From: Mytilus edulis
Taxonomy: Eukaryota
Direction of reading: 5' to 3'
NCBI RefSeq assembly: GCF_963676685.1
Contig: NC_092349.1
Location: 75,970,473 to 76,034,472, forward strand
DNA length: 64,000 nucleotides
Shown: positions 21,961-34,359 of the stretch, one piece after another
Position numbering within the stretch: the first letter of the stretch is position 1
Layout: each line of letters begins with the position of its first letter
Position numbers and translations under genes: made by a program
Notes under the pieces: model-generated
Seen by the model: only the letters and a program-made list of their open reading frames with translations
Databases searched by the model: none
What the model was told of the DNA's origin: nothing

Positions 21961-22646
21961 ATCTTCTGAAAGATGAAAATACATGTTTTTACTAACAAAA
22001 CTGCCTGCATGTAATTCAAGGATTTAATTCAATATCAATAATATATTATTAATCTGTTCAATGTAAACAATGATTCAAACATTTAAAATTTTCAACATAT
22101 TTCATATTAATTTGAATCAGATAATTTAGTTCCTCACTACAGACATAACATATATAGAAAATTATGCACCCCTGTAAGTTTTTAGGTAAAGATTGCATGA
22201 AATGCAATCAAAACCTTACGGGACTGATATGATATCTAAATCTTCCAAGACTTATTATACATTTTTTGATACACAATTGATCATAACATTCTATAATCCT
22301 ATCCATGAACATTTCCAGATATTTATTGATGTAATATATGCTCAGATATTCAAGGCACAAAATGATGTTATACTTGTCAAGAAAATTACATAACTTTTGT
22401 AAGGTGCAGAATGAGAATTCTAATATCTATTCTAAAAATATAAATGATCTCATTGCAAAAGTCATCTTTAAAACTCATTGGAGTTATCTTCCTTTGTCTA
22501 GAATTTCTGTTAAATCAACTTACAACCAATGCAATATTTTCTTCCCACTGTCATTAAATTGAAGCAATCTTTACCCTTAGTGCTTACAAGCACTTTGATT
22601 CACTTCAAAATTAAAAAAAAATCACATTCTTTCACTGTTTTTACAG

Positions 22647-22759
22647 ATGGACCACAGAAACTTTATGACCATAATAGAACGTTGAACAACTGTCAGGTGG
22701 TTGGATACAAGATGGACCCTGATGGACACTGGTCAGCCTTAACATGGATATTGAAACAG
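22647..22759 (+). CDS. CLTC: Clathrin heavy chain exon (DGPQKLYDHNRTLNNCQVVGYKMDPDGHWSALTWILKQ).
   Basis: Matches [39 protein letters not shown]. Acceptor tttttacag (AG 22645-22646) and donor CAG|GTCGTA (GT 22760-22761). Phases 1 in and 0 out are consistent with the neighbouring exons. Confidence 0.85.
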
Positions 22760-23442
22760 GTCGTAAAATAGAAAAAGATATAACAAAAAATGGAGGGATG
22801 GTGGAAATAAATCTTTCAATTCATTATGCTACAGGGGGATTTCATTTTACATACTCATTAGGAAAATGAATGAACAATTGCATGATGTATCATTTCATCT
22901 TCATGAACAAAAATGTGAGATGTAATAGCGATTTCTTTAAGAAGCTCACTGCACACTGATATATGTATCAAATAAATGAGAATGCAGGTCGTTATCAAAT
23001 TGAAATACTCATCCAGTTGCATTATTCACTTTTAAAAAAAAACTCACAATTATTTTGCAATCATACCAAATCTTCTTATTTTCATTTTGTCAGATCTCAT
23101 GAAATCAAAATGTTTGTAAGGCAGTCATGACATATTCCTACAAAATAAGATTGCTTTACATTCTTTGGATTCATACAGTTTCGTAGGTACCAATTTTCAT
23201 GGATTAAGGAAAACATACATGTTTAATTTCTTGATTTTGCCAAGGTCTTCATAAAAGCCTGTGGAAAATTTGTTATTTGTTAAGCATTAATTTCGTGGTT
23301 CACCTGTACCCACAAAATCCACAAAAACTAGAATCCAACGAATAATAATGACAGTATGTTTCATGTAGTTGAAATTTGCAAAAAAATGTTATTGAAACGT
23401 AAGGTCAAATTTAATGTATAAATATTAACCTTATTATTACAG

Positions 23443-23604
23443 GAGGATAGAGTGATTGGTTTCACACAACTGTACTCCTTACAGAGCTGCATCAAGAGAC
23501 TGTTTGACAGTCACACAGCAACCTTTACTAAGCTGACAGTAGATAATAATCCAGCTCCCTCTATGCTATTGTTATATGCCGTACGAGAGGACTATGGGGG
23601 CAAG
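23443..23604 (+). CDS. CLTC: Clathrin heavy chain exon (EDRVIGFTQLYSLQSCIKRLFDSHTATFTKLTVDNNPAPSMLLLYAVREDYGGK).
   Basis: Corresponds to [54 protein letters not shown]. Acceptor ttattattacag and donor AAG|GTAGAT. Length 162 nt, phase 0/0. Confidence 0.85.
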
Positions 23605-24458
23605 GTAGATAAATGAATATTTTGATTAAATGATGCTTATTTGTTTATGCCCTTGTAGTAGCGGAGAGGCATTAAGTTTTACCATTGTATGCCTGTACGT
23701 CCAGAAATTGATTTCTGTTCTTATGTTTGCCGCAACCAAATGTAATGAAACTTAAACACAATTATAGTTATAACTACAAAACACAGATCAAGTTTGAATT
23801 TTACTGGTGTCACTTTTACCTCTCTGGAGTTATGCCCCTTTAAAAATGGAAAATAGGTATCTGTTCTCTCACAAAACCAAATGTTATGAAAATGATACAC
23901 AATGCTTATTACATCAAAACTCAGATTAAGTAAATATTTGGATAGTGTCACTTTTACCGTTCTTGAGTGATATTGCTTTACAATTTTAAATGCCAACAGG
24001 GACACACTGTCTTCATTTAATTTAAATTTGTAAACCTTATTGAATAATGTAGATATATGATGATAAACAAAGAGTTGACAATTTGTTACACTTTCAGGTA
24101 GCAATAAATTTCAGAGTCTAAAGATTAATAAGTATGCTCATATGATTTGTGAAAGGAAACACAATCAGAAACACAGCTATAATATAAAAGATTTAAATAT
24201 TTAATTTTAATATCAGTATAGGCTTTTATAATACATGCAGTCAAACTACTTGAAAATGTTATAAAAATGGCATATTAAAAAAAATCAGGGTCAAGTTGTT
24301 CTTGCTTCTAAGGAAAGCTAAGTACAACTTATAAGCCATAGCTATTGTTAAGATACTGTTACTCAACAAACCAATTTTATATATATACTTAAAAAAGAAA
24401 TAAGATATATTTTTTCATATTAATTTGTACTGATTTTCTTTTTCTAAATTAATTCCAG

Positions 24459-24566
24459 CTTCACATACAAGAAGTAGGTCAACCCTGTCATGGTAACCAG
24501 CCTTTTACAACCAGAATTGTTGATATCGATTTCACAGACAAAGATGACTTTCCTATTGCAATAGAG
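24459..24566 (+). CDS. CLTC: Clathrin heavy chain exon (LHIQEVGQPCHGNQPFTTRIVDIDFTDKDDFPIAIE).
   Basis: Corresponds to [38 protein letters not shown]. Acceptor aattccag and donor GAG|GTAAAA. Length 108 nt. Confidence 0.85.
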
Positions 24567-24890
24567 GTAAAACTACCTGATATATTTAATGAAACATGTC
24601 CTGTTTTCCATTGAAAGAGAAACCAATAATCCAAAAAGGAGTGCTGCTAAAAATGTATGGCAATTAAACTGACCATTTAATATATGTAGAATGATTTCTT
24701 TTAGATCATCTGGTCAACAATTAAATGATTAGAAAAATGTTTAGAATGTCAACATACTTTTACATGCAATCTTTTTGGACCCAAATTATCATATATCTCC
24801 GTTTAGCCTCTTGTTTTATTTTATATTATATAGGTTATAACTATTTTATTATGTTCGCAAATATTTACATAATTATAATGGTTATTGTAG

Positions 24891-25058
24891 GTTAACATAA
24901 AGCATAGGGTGGCTTTCCTGATAACAAAAACAGGTTATGTACATCTGTACATGATAGAAACAGGGAGACTTATCTATACAATGAGGATAAGTGATTCTAC
25001 AGTGTTTGTTACAGCTCCTAACGAGAAAGGATTTCTGGCTGTCAATCAGGTTGGATGG
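24891..25058 (+). CDS. CLTC: Clathrin heavy chain exon (VNIKHRVAFLITKTGYVHLYMIETGRLIYTMRISDSTVFVTAPNEKGFLAVNQVGW).
   Basis: Corresponds to [58 protein letters not shown]. Acceptor gttattgtag and donor TGG|GTGAGT. Length 168 nt. Confidence 0.9.
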
Positions 25059-26836
25059 GTGAGTCATATAAGGCATATTAAATATTATACTTACTTAATG
25101 TACATACCTGTCAACCTGTGACAATGAAAAAGCAGGTCATGACCTGCATTGAAGAATGAAATCTCAGGTCATAACGCATACAAACTTTTTCGAGCTGAAT
25201 TTCAGTATTTAGGAGACATTTTTCTTATCATTCAAAGTTTCCAAAACATATTCACTTGGTTAAGTAATCTAAAATTTTATTAACCATTATTTCATTGGAC
25301 TTTTAAAAGCTTTTGATAAATTTGTGTAACACTGCCTCTATTTTTTTTCTTATTGATCTTCATACAATGTACTATATCTGATTGTCATTACGTGCATGAT
25401 ATCAACTTCAACCTCAAATATCATTTACTAATTTTATATTTTACAATTGGAACTATGTGAAGTCCTTTAAGGGCTTTTCAGCTCTTCAACATGTTATTTA
25501 ACTCCTGATTAATGAAATTAGAGTATAGTAAAATAAAGTTAAACAGTTAAAGGAAGTATAAATGAAAAAAATTTTCAACTACTAGTATTTATTTTATAAT
25601 TGTATAAAGGTATGAAACAATGAAAAGTAATATCTCAATATGTATTTGAATGCTATTTGTACGAGATTTAATCTTTTTTACCCCCAAAAACGTAAATATA
25701 AGGAACAATTTTGAATGGTGACAAAAAAGGGAAAGTAACTCAAGTTGTACACAAATTATTTATGACCTAAAGCTAAGGTATAAATTGGTGTTAATTAACA
25801 GTGTGTTTGACACCAAAGCTGTCAAGTGAAGCCATCCACTTCATGGGTCACTAAATTTGACAGTTGTAACACAGCTAGCTGAACTTCCTGTTCATGAAAG
25901 AATTACAAATTTGCCGGTATTTCAAAGGAAAATCACTTATGAAATCAATCTCAAGGCTAAGAAATCCAGGTCAAAACGGGTCATTTTCCGAATTCCCGGG
26001 TTAATCAATGACCCGGCGGGTGTCCCGGGTGATCCCTCAGAATTGTGAAAATCTCGGGTCTCACACGCAAAATAAGGGTCAGTTGACAGGTATGAATGTA
26101 ATTCAAAAACTATTTACTGCTGGTGTTCTTTTGTATGACCGTGCCGCTAAGGGAATGAGGCATTATGAGTTACCTTTGACCAATCATTTGTCTTTCTGTC
26201 TACCCCATATTCGTTTCCGCACTCTCACTTCAGTTTTTTTCATTTAAATTTGATAAATTCATACACAATGCTAAAAACCAATACTCACACAAACAGCTCA
26301 AATATGGAATGAGAATCACATTTCTAGAGTTATGCTCCTTTATAACTTTGAAGGTTGCAAATGTTTTCATTTCCACACACTACAATGGTGCTACTAGGCC
26401 TTGCCTACCAATATCTTGTATATATCATATTCTTTTTACTATTTAATCCAATTTCAATTGGTGGGGGGGACTTAAATATAATTGAAATTAAAAATATAAT
26501 AGTAACATTCCATTTTCTCAAACAATCAAAATTTATAAGTACATCTTTACAGGATTGTTTATTTGGGTTTATGACTCTTATACCTTTTGTACATTACTAG
26601 AAAATCCTGGGGAATGATTTTTGTCCACATCTATGCTGTTGGCAAATTTTTGTACTCAAATTAGAGGCAAACTGAGAACGAGTATATCTGAAGTGCAATG
26701 GTATTTCCCCATATGATAGTATGCAAGACATTTTTAGCTCACCTGGCCTGTAGTGTCTGGTTGAAAAAGAGGTATTTTCACCCTTAAAGTAGTTTTTTGA
26801 TTTTCTGAGTTTTTTTTTTATGTTTGTTACTTTAAG

Positions 26837-26941
26837 GTAATGTCAGTTGACATCAAAGAGGACAAGCTAAAATCATACCTACCAGAAAAGGTAACCAGTT
26901 CTCTGGGACCAGCTAAAGAACAGTTCCTGAGGCAATATCAG
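26837..26941 (+). CDS. CLTC: Clathrin heavy chain exon (VMSVDIKEDKLKSYLPEKVTSSLGPAKEQFLRQYQ). This is the last clathrin exon I can find in the window.
   Basis: Corresponds to VLSVCVEEENIIPY...LAGAEELFARKFN. Acceptor tactttaag (AG 26835-26836) and donor CAG|GTAATG (GT 26942-26943). Confidence 0.75.
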
Positions 26942-27354
26942 GTAATGATGTGACAACTTACAGTTATATTAAATAAGAATCATATTTACCACCAAAGTCT
27001 ATTATTGATGAGAGACATGCTAAAGAACAACTATAAACATCACATAAACCAGATAGAGGTCAATTCTGCTGTCCTTATGACAATGTTTAACTTAACTTTC
27101 ATTGTTATACTACCTCCTTGGTGGTCGAGTGGTAGCAGGTTCTCCTCAAATGCAAGAGTTTATAGAACTGATTCCATTTCTAAAAGGGAAAATCCATTGT
27201 TTTCCTTTTTATCTTTGTAAACTATTTTAAGATTAATTTAATACATTAAATGCTTTTTTAATACTTTATTACTAACTTGAGTATTAGATTTTTCATATTG
27301 GCTATAGAATTTTTACAAATTTTACAATATCTTGTAAATTTATTATGAAATGTT

Positions 27355-27700
27355 TCCTTCAATATACTAGTCCAAAGACCATTTTTAACATGTACACATA
27401 GCATAAAATTTGCTATCTGGTCGTTAGACCAAAACTGAAGAAGTGACTTTTTATTGTTGTAAAAAAAAACATCAATACAAACTTAATAAATACCAAATGT
27501 TTAATCCACAAATGTTTTGAATAAAGATTGTGGTCTTTCAACCAAAAAGAATGTTGTCAAACGATATTGTATTATTATGGTCTAAAGACCAAATATTCAT
27601 GTATTTTCTTATTCATATAGAAAAAACAACCAAACAATTAAACCAATCTATAGGTTGTTTGATACTCATAAACTGGTCTTTAAACCAAAAAAAAAGAAAA
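27355..27700. repeat. Cluster of five short palindromic motifs of the form TGGTC(N3-5)GACCAAAA.
   Basis: ccaaagaccattttt (27374), ctggtcgttagaccaaaact (27418), gtggtctttcaaccaaaaag (27524), tggtctaaagaccaaatat (27579), ctggtctttaaaccaaaaaaa (27674). The same motif class recurs at 53320-53900. Confidence 0.55.
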
Positions 27701-28334
27701 GAAGAAGAAAATGATTCGGTAGAATTTTTAGTATTTACTATTAAAAACAAAAGATCAATATCAACGAATAAAGGCCAGATAATAAAAAACACAAAACACA
27801 TCTAGGATTCACTGTCAATGTCATTCTAAGCGCTTTGGGTCTCTCACATGTTATCAATAAGTTACTACTAAGATATTTTGGAGAATAACACAATTTTTAT
27901 TAATGAAATATTTAAAATGTGTTCGAAACTTGTAATTACAACTGACAACTGTCTGAATAATATATAAGTTGGTTTGAAATAGAAGGATAGATATGTGATG
28001 TAACAATTCTTTCCCAAAGACTTAGGAATATTTTGAGGTAAAATATCAACACTAAATGCAAATATTCATCTATCAAAAGATAAATGAACAATGATTCTAA
28101 AAGAAAATATATCGCTAAGTATAATCTATGTTTTTGGTAATAACTTTTAGTTTTAAAAAAATAAATATATCTTTAACATTCTTCTTCCTTTTCTTTGCTT
28201 GGCATGTTTTCTCTGAAATAGAAGAAACGATATATTTACCTAAATTTGCTTAATGCATATTCATCTTTTTTTCTTCAGCTTTAAAGGAAGATATCAATAT
28301 GAGGTTGAAAATGGCGATACCTTCGTGACTATTC

Positions 28335-28820
28335 ACGGAAATATTCGATGATTTTTCATTTCCTATAGTTAATTATCCGTTTTTAGATGGTGACGTTCCC
28401 TTGTCACCATCTTACGGTGTTTATATATCTCAACTTGTACGATTCGCTCGTGTATGTAACAATGTTTTAGATTTTAACGAGAGAAATTTATGTATTACTG
28501 AAAAATTATTACACCAGGGTTTTCGATATCACAAACTAGTCAAAACATTTACTAAATTTTATCATCGGTATAAAGACATCATTCGTAAATATAGCTCAAC
28601 ATGCAGACTTCTAATACGTTCAGGTATTTCACATCCAATTTTTTATGGAAATATTCTTTATAAAGCACAAAGGTGTCAGTATTCACCTCAGAAACTTACA
28701 AAACCTTTGAATAGACTTATTAAGAAGGGATATAATTACGATACTGTTGTCAAGTCATTAAAGATTGCATATTTTGGCGTTAATATTGAGTCATTGATAA
28801 GGTCTTTGCATCGGAACTAA
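28335..28820 (+). pseudogene. Methionine-free open frame of about 160 codons (…FARVCNNVLDFNERNLCITEKLLHQGFRYHKLVKTFTKFYHRYKDIIRKYSSTCRLLIRSGISHPIFYGNILYKAQRCQYSPQKLTKPLNRLIKKGYNYDTVVKSLKIAYFGVNIESLIRSLHRN). Likely a C-terminal fragment of a degraded transposable-element ORF.
   Basis: The track shows an ORF at 28401-28820 with an alternative start. The frame is open from the stop at about 28332 and contains no ATG. Family B repeats follow immediately. Confidence 0.3.
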
Positions 28821-29139
28821 ACACATTTATTCTAAAAACAGTTGTTGGCATGACACGGGTTATGTTCTTCTCATATATGTTATGATGGTATGATACTAAA
28901 TCACTAACGGGAAGGATTGTGCCTGATGTTCATATGATGATTTCATAATCTTTCAGTCAGTTTAATTGTAGTCTGGAGCTGGCATGTCAGTTAACTGCTA
29001 GTAGTCTGTTGTTATTTATGTATTATTGTCATTTTGTTTATTTTCTTTGGTTACATCTTCTGACATCAGACTCTGACTTCTCTTGAACTGAATTTTAATG
29101 TGCGTATTGTTATGCGTTTACTTTTCTACATTGGTTAGA

Positions 29140-29400
29140 GGTATAGCGGGAGGGTTGAGATCTCACAAACATGTTTAACCCCACCGCATTTTTGCGCCTG
29201 TCCCAAGTCAGGAGCCTCTGGCCTTTGTTAGTCTTGTATATTTTTAATTTTATTTTCTTGTGTACAATTTGGAAATTAGTATGGCGTTCATTATCACTGG
29301 ACTAGTATATATTTGTTTAGGGGCCAGCTGAAGGACGCCTCCGGGTGCGGGAATTTCTCGCTACATTGAAGACCTGTTGGTGACCCTCTGCTGTTGTTTT
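29140..29400 (+). repeat. Family B interspersed repeat (gggaggtt.(a/g)gatc.c.c.aacatgtttaac....c.cat...gtcccaagtcaggagcct). A second copy lies at 59745-59960.
   Basis: Shared blocks are read at both loci in the same order. Confidence 0.7.
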
Positions 29401-30101
29401 TTATTTGGTCGGGTTGTTGTCTCTTTGACACATTTCCCATTTCCATTCTCAATTTTATTGTCAATTATCGCGATCGTAAACGATACTTTTTGGGCATACT
29501 TACCCTCCAATATACTTAAAATTTCTCAAATGATAGAACAAAATACAAATTACATAATACCTTCTGATTCTTTTCTATTTCCTTTTGATGTCTTTTTTTT
29601 GTTGTTTTGGCTGTACTTGCACCTGAAATGTACGAGTTCATATACATTGTAGTTTGTTTGAACAAATCACGTTTCTACATTTTGAAAATAACATCGAATG
29701 CAGATTTTTAAATAATTGATCTTTGACTTAACATATAACAGAAGACGATAGCGAAAAAAAAAGGTCACATTTAGTAGCGTGATCGACTTTTAAACATTGC
29801 AATGATTTCCACAGAAACAAGTATTAAAATGTGTAGTGGGTCGGTCTAAAGTTGGAGCGATATGACTGTTTTTTTATACTTTGCTCCATGTTGAAGGTTC
29901 ACTGTCACTTTCAAATGAAAAACGTAGAGCGCTGTTCCTTTGGTTTTTATTTCGTGACGTATAGTATTTTTGTGTCCTATATTGATAAACTATGTCTTAT
30001 CTTTTAGTTAAATGAACTCTGGAAAGCATAATATACGGACAAACTTTTCACATCGACTTAAAGCATTATTTATATTGTGATGCTCTATTTGTTTTACTTT
30101 T

Positions 30102-30851
30102 TTATTCCAATACAATGAAACTAGAGATTAAATTGATTAATATATAAAATGAGAAATGTGAAAACTTATATAGATAAGAACTAGACCGACTTACAAAACA
30201 TTCCTCTCGCTCATTTTCCAATAATCTCCTTAGTTCTGCTGGAATGTCTTGATCAACGGATGGTCTTTGTCTTTTCAATTGCTGTTTGGGTAACAAAGGG
30301 AGAATCCATTTTGCCTTTGATAGAACTTTTGTCCTTCTGTATGGCAGACTGTCTCTAATTTTTTCTAGATGTCCAAGAAATCCTCCCCACCACTTTTGCT
30401 CTGTATGTTCTATTTGATCAGTGAATAGACATTGCCACTGTGGTATTCTAGATTTGATCTTATTTATATCTATCTTCTCGAATTGAGGATTGATAACTTT
30501 TGGTATTCCCTTTGGTAAATTAGGTTTCCCGGAAATTAGTTGAATAATGCCATGTTCAGTTTTCCATTCGCTGTCTTGGAAAGCTTTGTACTGCATTTTC
30601 ACATTATGTGTTGCTAAATCCCGGATAAACTTATAATGCAAAGGTTTAGTATGCTTACGAATGTCGTTAAGGCTTGATGTTATCCATGAACGAATGTCAT
30701 AAATAGCCTCTATATCCTTAACGTTCGGAAGCATCTCCTTCAGACGAGGCATTGTTTCAGCATCATTCCTACGAAGAGTTTCAGCTATTCGGCTAAAAGC
30801 AGCATCCACATCTTCGTGTGTATGTCCTACTGGTAAAAATGATAAATGCAC
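30102..30851 (-). CDS. Terminal exon of a transposase-like gene: VHLSFLPVGHTHEDVDAAFSRIAETLRRND... about 249 codons to the stop. It carries the probable third catalytic acidic motif (HTHEDVD).
   Basis: The track shows an ORF at 30102-30851. On the minus strand an acceptor ttttcttttcag immediately precedes it. Phase 0 joins it to exon 32844-32960. Confidence 0.65.
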   Translation of the reverse strand: MHLSFLPVGHTHEDVDAAFSRIAETLRRNDAETMPRLKEMLPNVKDIEAIYDIRSWITSSLNDIRKHTKPLHYKFIRDLATHNVKMQYKAFQDSEWKTEHGIIQLISGKPNLPKGIPKVINPQFEKIDINKIKSRIPQWQCLFTDQIEHTEQKWWGGFLGHLEKIRDSLPYRRTKVLSKAKWILPLLPKQQLKRQRPSVDQDIPAELRRLLENEREECFVSRSSSYLYKFSHFSFYILINLISSFIVLE

Positions 30852-32149
30852 CTGAAAAGAAAATTTGCTATTTGTAACAGTAAAATAATTGGTGATTTAA
30901 ATACGCTAACCTGTAATGCTAGAAAGAACTAACATTATAAGTGTGTAAAATGCCAAATTGCTTGTATTTTAAGAGTTTACAATACCCATCGTATTGAAAG
31001 GCAGTAAACTTCAAAATGTATATGAATAAAGAGCACGTGATACGCCCGTAGTATTTTCAAAGAATTAAGTTCCAGTACTCCTAAATGTCATGTTATAAAT
31101 CTATATAAAAAAAAAAAAATTCAAGGGATGTTATATTGATAGATATAAACCAGCCTTCAAAAGTTTCATGAAATCTTTTTGAGTTGTTGTCCGAAAACTG
31201 ACTAATCCCCATCCCTTTATGACTAAAACCCCACAACTAGGAACGGTAATTGCCATAATATATAAAATCGATAGCATACTTCAATAAACTTCACCAAAGT
31301 ATCATGAAAAATGTTCAAAGCATTTGACAGTTATTATCCGAAAACACTGGAAAATACCCCTTTTAAATGGATAAAATTCCTATAACTTAATTGAACACGT
31401 AAAATCTAAAATTCATAAAAAAAGAAAGAGACTCACGTAGACAGATCTATATAAATAATGTTTGATGCAGATTGTTATTATCCGACATGTTGACAACGGA
31501 CGGACGGACTAACGTTCAGCGGTATACTATAATACGTTTTCTAAACAGATGTACATGTACTTATACAAACTGTGAGTCAACTAGCCTATTTTCAAGATGT
31601 GTGTGTTAGCTCTCTGGTTAGAAAAAAGTTCCACCTAATTCATTAAGATATAACTTCTATTCAATATAAGTTTCACTGGGAAAACATTTCTAACTAAAAT
31701 CGTAGAAGTATTTTACTTCCATGCTAAAACCTTATATTACAGGCATCATAACTTACATGATCAACCAAAAGTCACACAAAAAATCCCCAAAAGGGGGTCT
31801 TGTAAATGAATGTTTTACAGACAGACGTACCATTAGCATGTATAAACTATAATCAATGATACATACATGTGTGCAATTTCAGAGGTAATTATATGGATAG
31901 GCAATAATTAATGTGTCAATTGATCATATATTTTCATAGTCTGGTAAGATACAATGTATATGTATATACTGTGCACTGTTCTTTTTATCTACTTGATGTG
32001 AATGACCCCATGTGGTTAGCATCTTTATCTGTGGAATTATTGTTGACACAAGATAATTAATCCTTATTAAGATGTCACAGATTATATGTTAGAGAAGAAA
32101 TATATACAAACCATTAATATAGTATAACAAGAGGCTACGTTTTTCAAGT

Positions 32150-32400
32150 CCAGTCCTACATTTATAGTCCCTCCTCGTGAAAAAGAAGGGGGAAGACGGT
32201 TCTGATCCCAAAATCCCGGGCTTAAAAACATGAAATCCCGAGGTCCCGAATTTAAAAAAAAAAATCCCGACATCCCAAACTTCGGAAAGAGAATTCCCGG
32301 GTCCCCAAAGCGTAAATCCCGAAATCCCGAAATCCCGAGCTTATAAACACCCCGAAAAATGTCCTGCCGCCCCTCAAGACCATACAATTTCGAATAAAGC
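32150..32400 (-). repeat. Repeat related to the interior of the 21640-21960 foldback (gatcccaaaatcccgggcttaaaaacatgaaatcccgaggtcccgaatttaaa).
   Basis: Near-identical 50-nt blocks match 21700-21780 in reverse orientation. The ORF at 32082-32438 is rejected as coding. Confidence 0.6.
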
Positions 32401-32843
32401 AAATCATTGTATTTATTTCTCGAGTAATAATAACACATAAGAATTCAGTGCTGATGAATTTTAATGTACTATATTTTCAAGGATTTGAGGGATCACAGGA
32501 CCTTATAATTATCCAATACCCACCCCCTCCCCCGGTTGGATCTGCCTATACATTATGTTTAACACTTCCCACAGTTTTAACCCTTAAACCAAACCGTTTT
32601 AAATCTTGAAATAACCACACCGTTTAAATCTAGCAATAGCTAATACTTATTTCTTGAAGTGAAGAGGAAGTCCTCAACAAATTTGCCGAGCGGAGGTAAG
32701 AGGAATATATATATTTTTTTTGCGTAAAACTATTTTCACCTTTAAGGGTGCACACGCTCATATATATACCCACACAACCACCGGGTAACTGTTCCTTTCA
32801 ATAAAGTAACAAGAATCGCAATGATTTGTAAATTGCAACTTAC

Positions 32844-32960
32844 CTCATTGAAAATGCGTTGGTGAACAAGGAGTTCACAAAAACCCAATACATATCGATT
32901 TTTATTTTCCCGCCAACAATTATCTGCTTGCAAGTACAAAATAGGCGGTAACTTGTTACC
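32844..32960 (-). CDS. Transposase-like exon GNKLPPILYLQADNCWRENKNRYVLGFCELLVHQRIFNE. It contains the probable second catalytic Asp (ADNC).
   Basis: Minus-strand acceptor ttcttgtag and donor GAG|GTAAGT (acttac at 32838-32843 on the plus strand). Length 117 nt, phase 0/0, compatible with both neighbouring exons. Confidence 0.55.
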
Positions 32961-33469
32961 CTACAAGAACAATAATCATAAAATTACTTCAGTATAGTAT
33001 CTTACCACAGTTTTACCTTATAGACACATCGTTTTATAATAAACTTCTTATAATCACTCGTAATAATCCGTAAATGGCTCCCGAACAATTCATTAAAACT
33101 GTCAAAACTGTCGCAAAATGACCAAATCGTAAGGGTTTGTGAATGTGTGTGATCCTTAAGGGCTCGTTAGATAAGTTCGTGGATGTGAAACGGTGCAGGA
33201 TAACTGGGATTGTCCATAGATCAACTCAAACCATCTACAAAGTCAACTCGGATCAGCCTATTCAGACAAAGAGATGTTCTACTTTTTAAATTATTAAACG
33301 AGTGTCTACGAAGAAGACAATTCAGACCGTCAATGAAAATGCAGCGAGATTATTAATGATAATCATCTATAATAAAAAAGAATTCAATTTATGGAAAAAT
33401 TACGGATTTACATAAAACTTTTTGGGGGCACATTAACTCGATTTCAAAGGCAACAAGTTAAAATGGCAA

Positions 33470-33592
33470 TTGTTATGCCCCACCTACAATAGTAGAGGGG
33501 CATAGTGTTTTCTGGTCTGTGCATCCGTAAGCCCGTCCGTCCGTCCGTCCGTTCGTTCGTTCGTGTACTTTGGACACATTCTTGTTATGTTA
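33470..33592 (+). mobile_element. Family C MITE, internally deleted derivative: head gccccacctacaatagtagaggggcat, (CCGT)n core and tail gtgtactttggacacattcttgtt only.
   Basis: Both termini of the family are present, about 120 bp apart. The interior seen in the 18166 and 50118 copies is absent. Confidence 0.7.
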
Positions 33593-34197
33593 AATATATA
33601 ACAATTAACCATTCAAAAAGCATAAAACTCTGTCATTCAAATTATATGGCTAATCAGACGAACTTATTTGTTTTGGGTGTATAGATTAATTATTTTTAAC
33701 AAATTAAAAAGATATGTAGAAATGTGGATAACAGTAAAACTCGAAACCAATTCAATACTTAATTGATATGGTGTGCCGCTTGGATTCTGTTATCTCATTC
33801 TTTACATAATACTTTCGATTCAAAAAATGTATTACTTTTCATATAATGCCTAGGATAAATGCAACTTTTTATTGGTATGATTTTGTGTGATGTGTTCATA
33901 GGAGTTCAAATCTGAGAATCAGCTATTCCTTATGTCATGTTTACCTACAGCGAGACTTTTTGATGTGAAAAAATACAGGGCGTGTCATATAACAAGTAAT
34001 TGGAACTCTTTTGACCTTATTTCCGATTGTTTTCAAAGATATTCATATATTTTCAAGCTGGAAATGTGACCAATTCAAGCGGCACGCTCTATCACTTTGT
34101 ATATAGTATAGGGAGTGCTCATCACCACCCTCACCCCACCCGAGGTCACACATGTATTGCCTGATCATACGTTTAAATTGTGAAGTGTTTTACTTAC

Positions 34198-34359
34198 CAT
34201 AAGTTTTGAAATCTGGTGAAGAATTAGCATAAGGATATTCATGGTCAGGTTAGAGTCGTGCGCATATTGGTTCCAGTCGAGAAAGGTGAAAAATTTATTT
34301 TGTCCATGAGCTAAAACTCCGGTGACATGTGTCGTTAGTTGATCAACTTTATTCACAGC
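34198..34359 (-). CDS. Transposase-like exon AVNKVDQLTTHVTGVLAHGQNKFFTFLDWNQYAHDSNLTMNILMLILHQISKLM.
   Basis: Minus-strand acceptor ttttagtgcag and donor ATG|GTAAGT (acttac at 34192-34197 on the plus strand). Length 162 nt, phase 0/0. Confidence 0.5.
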
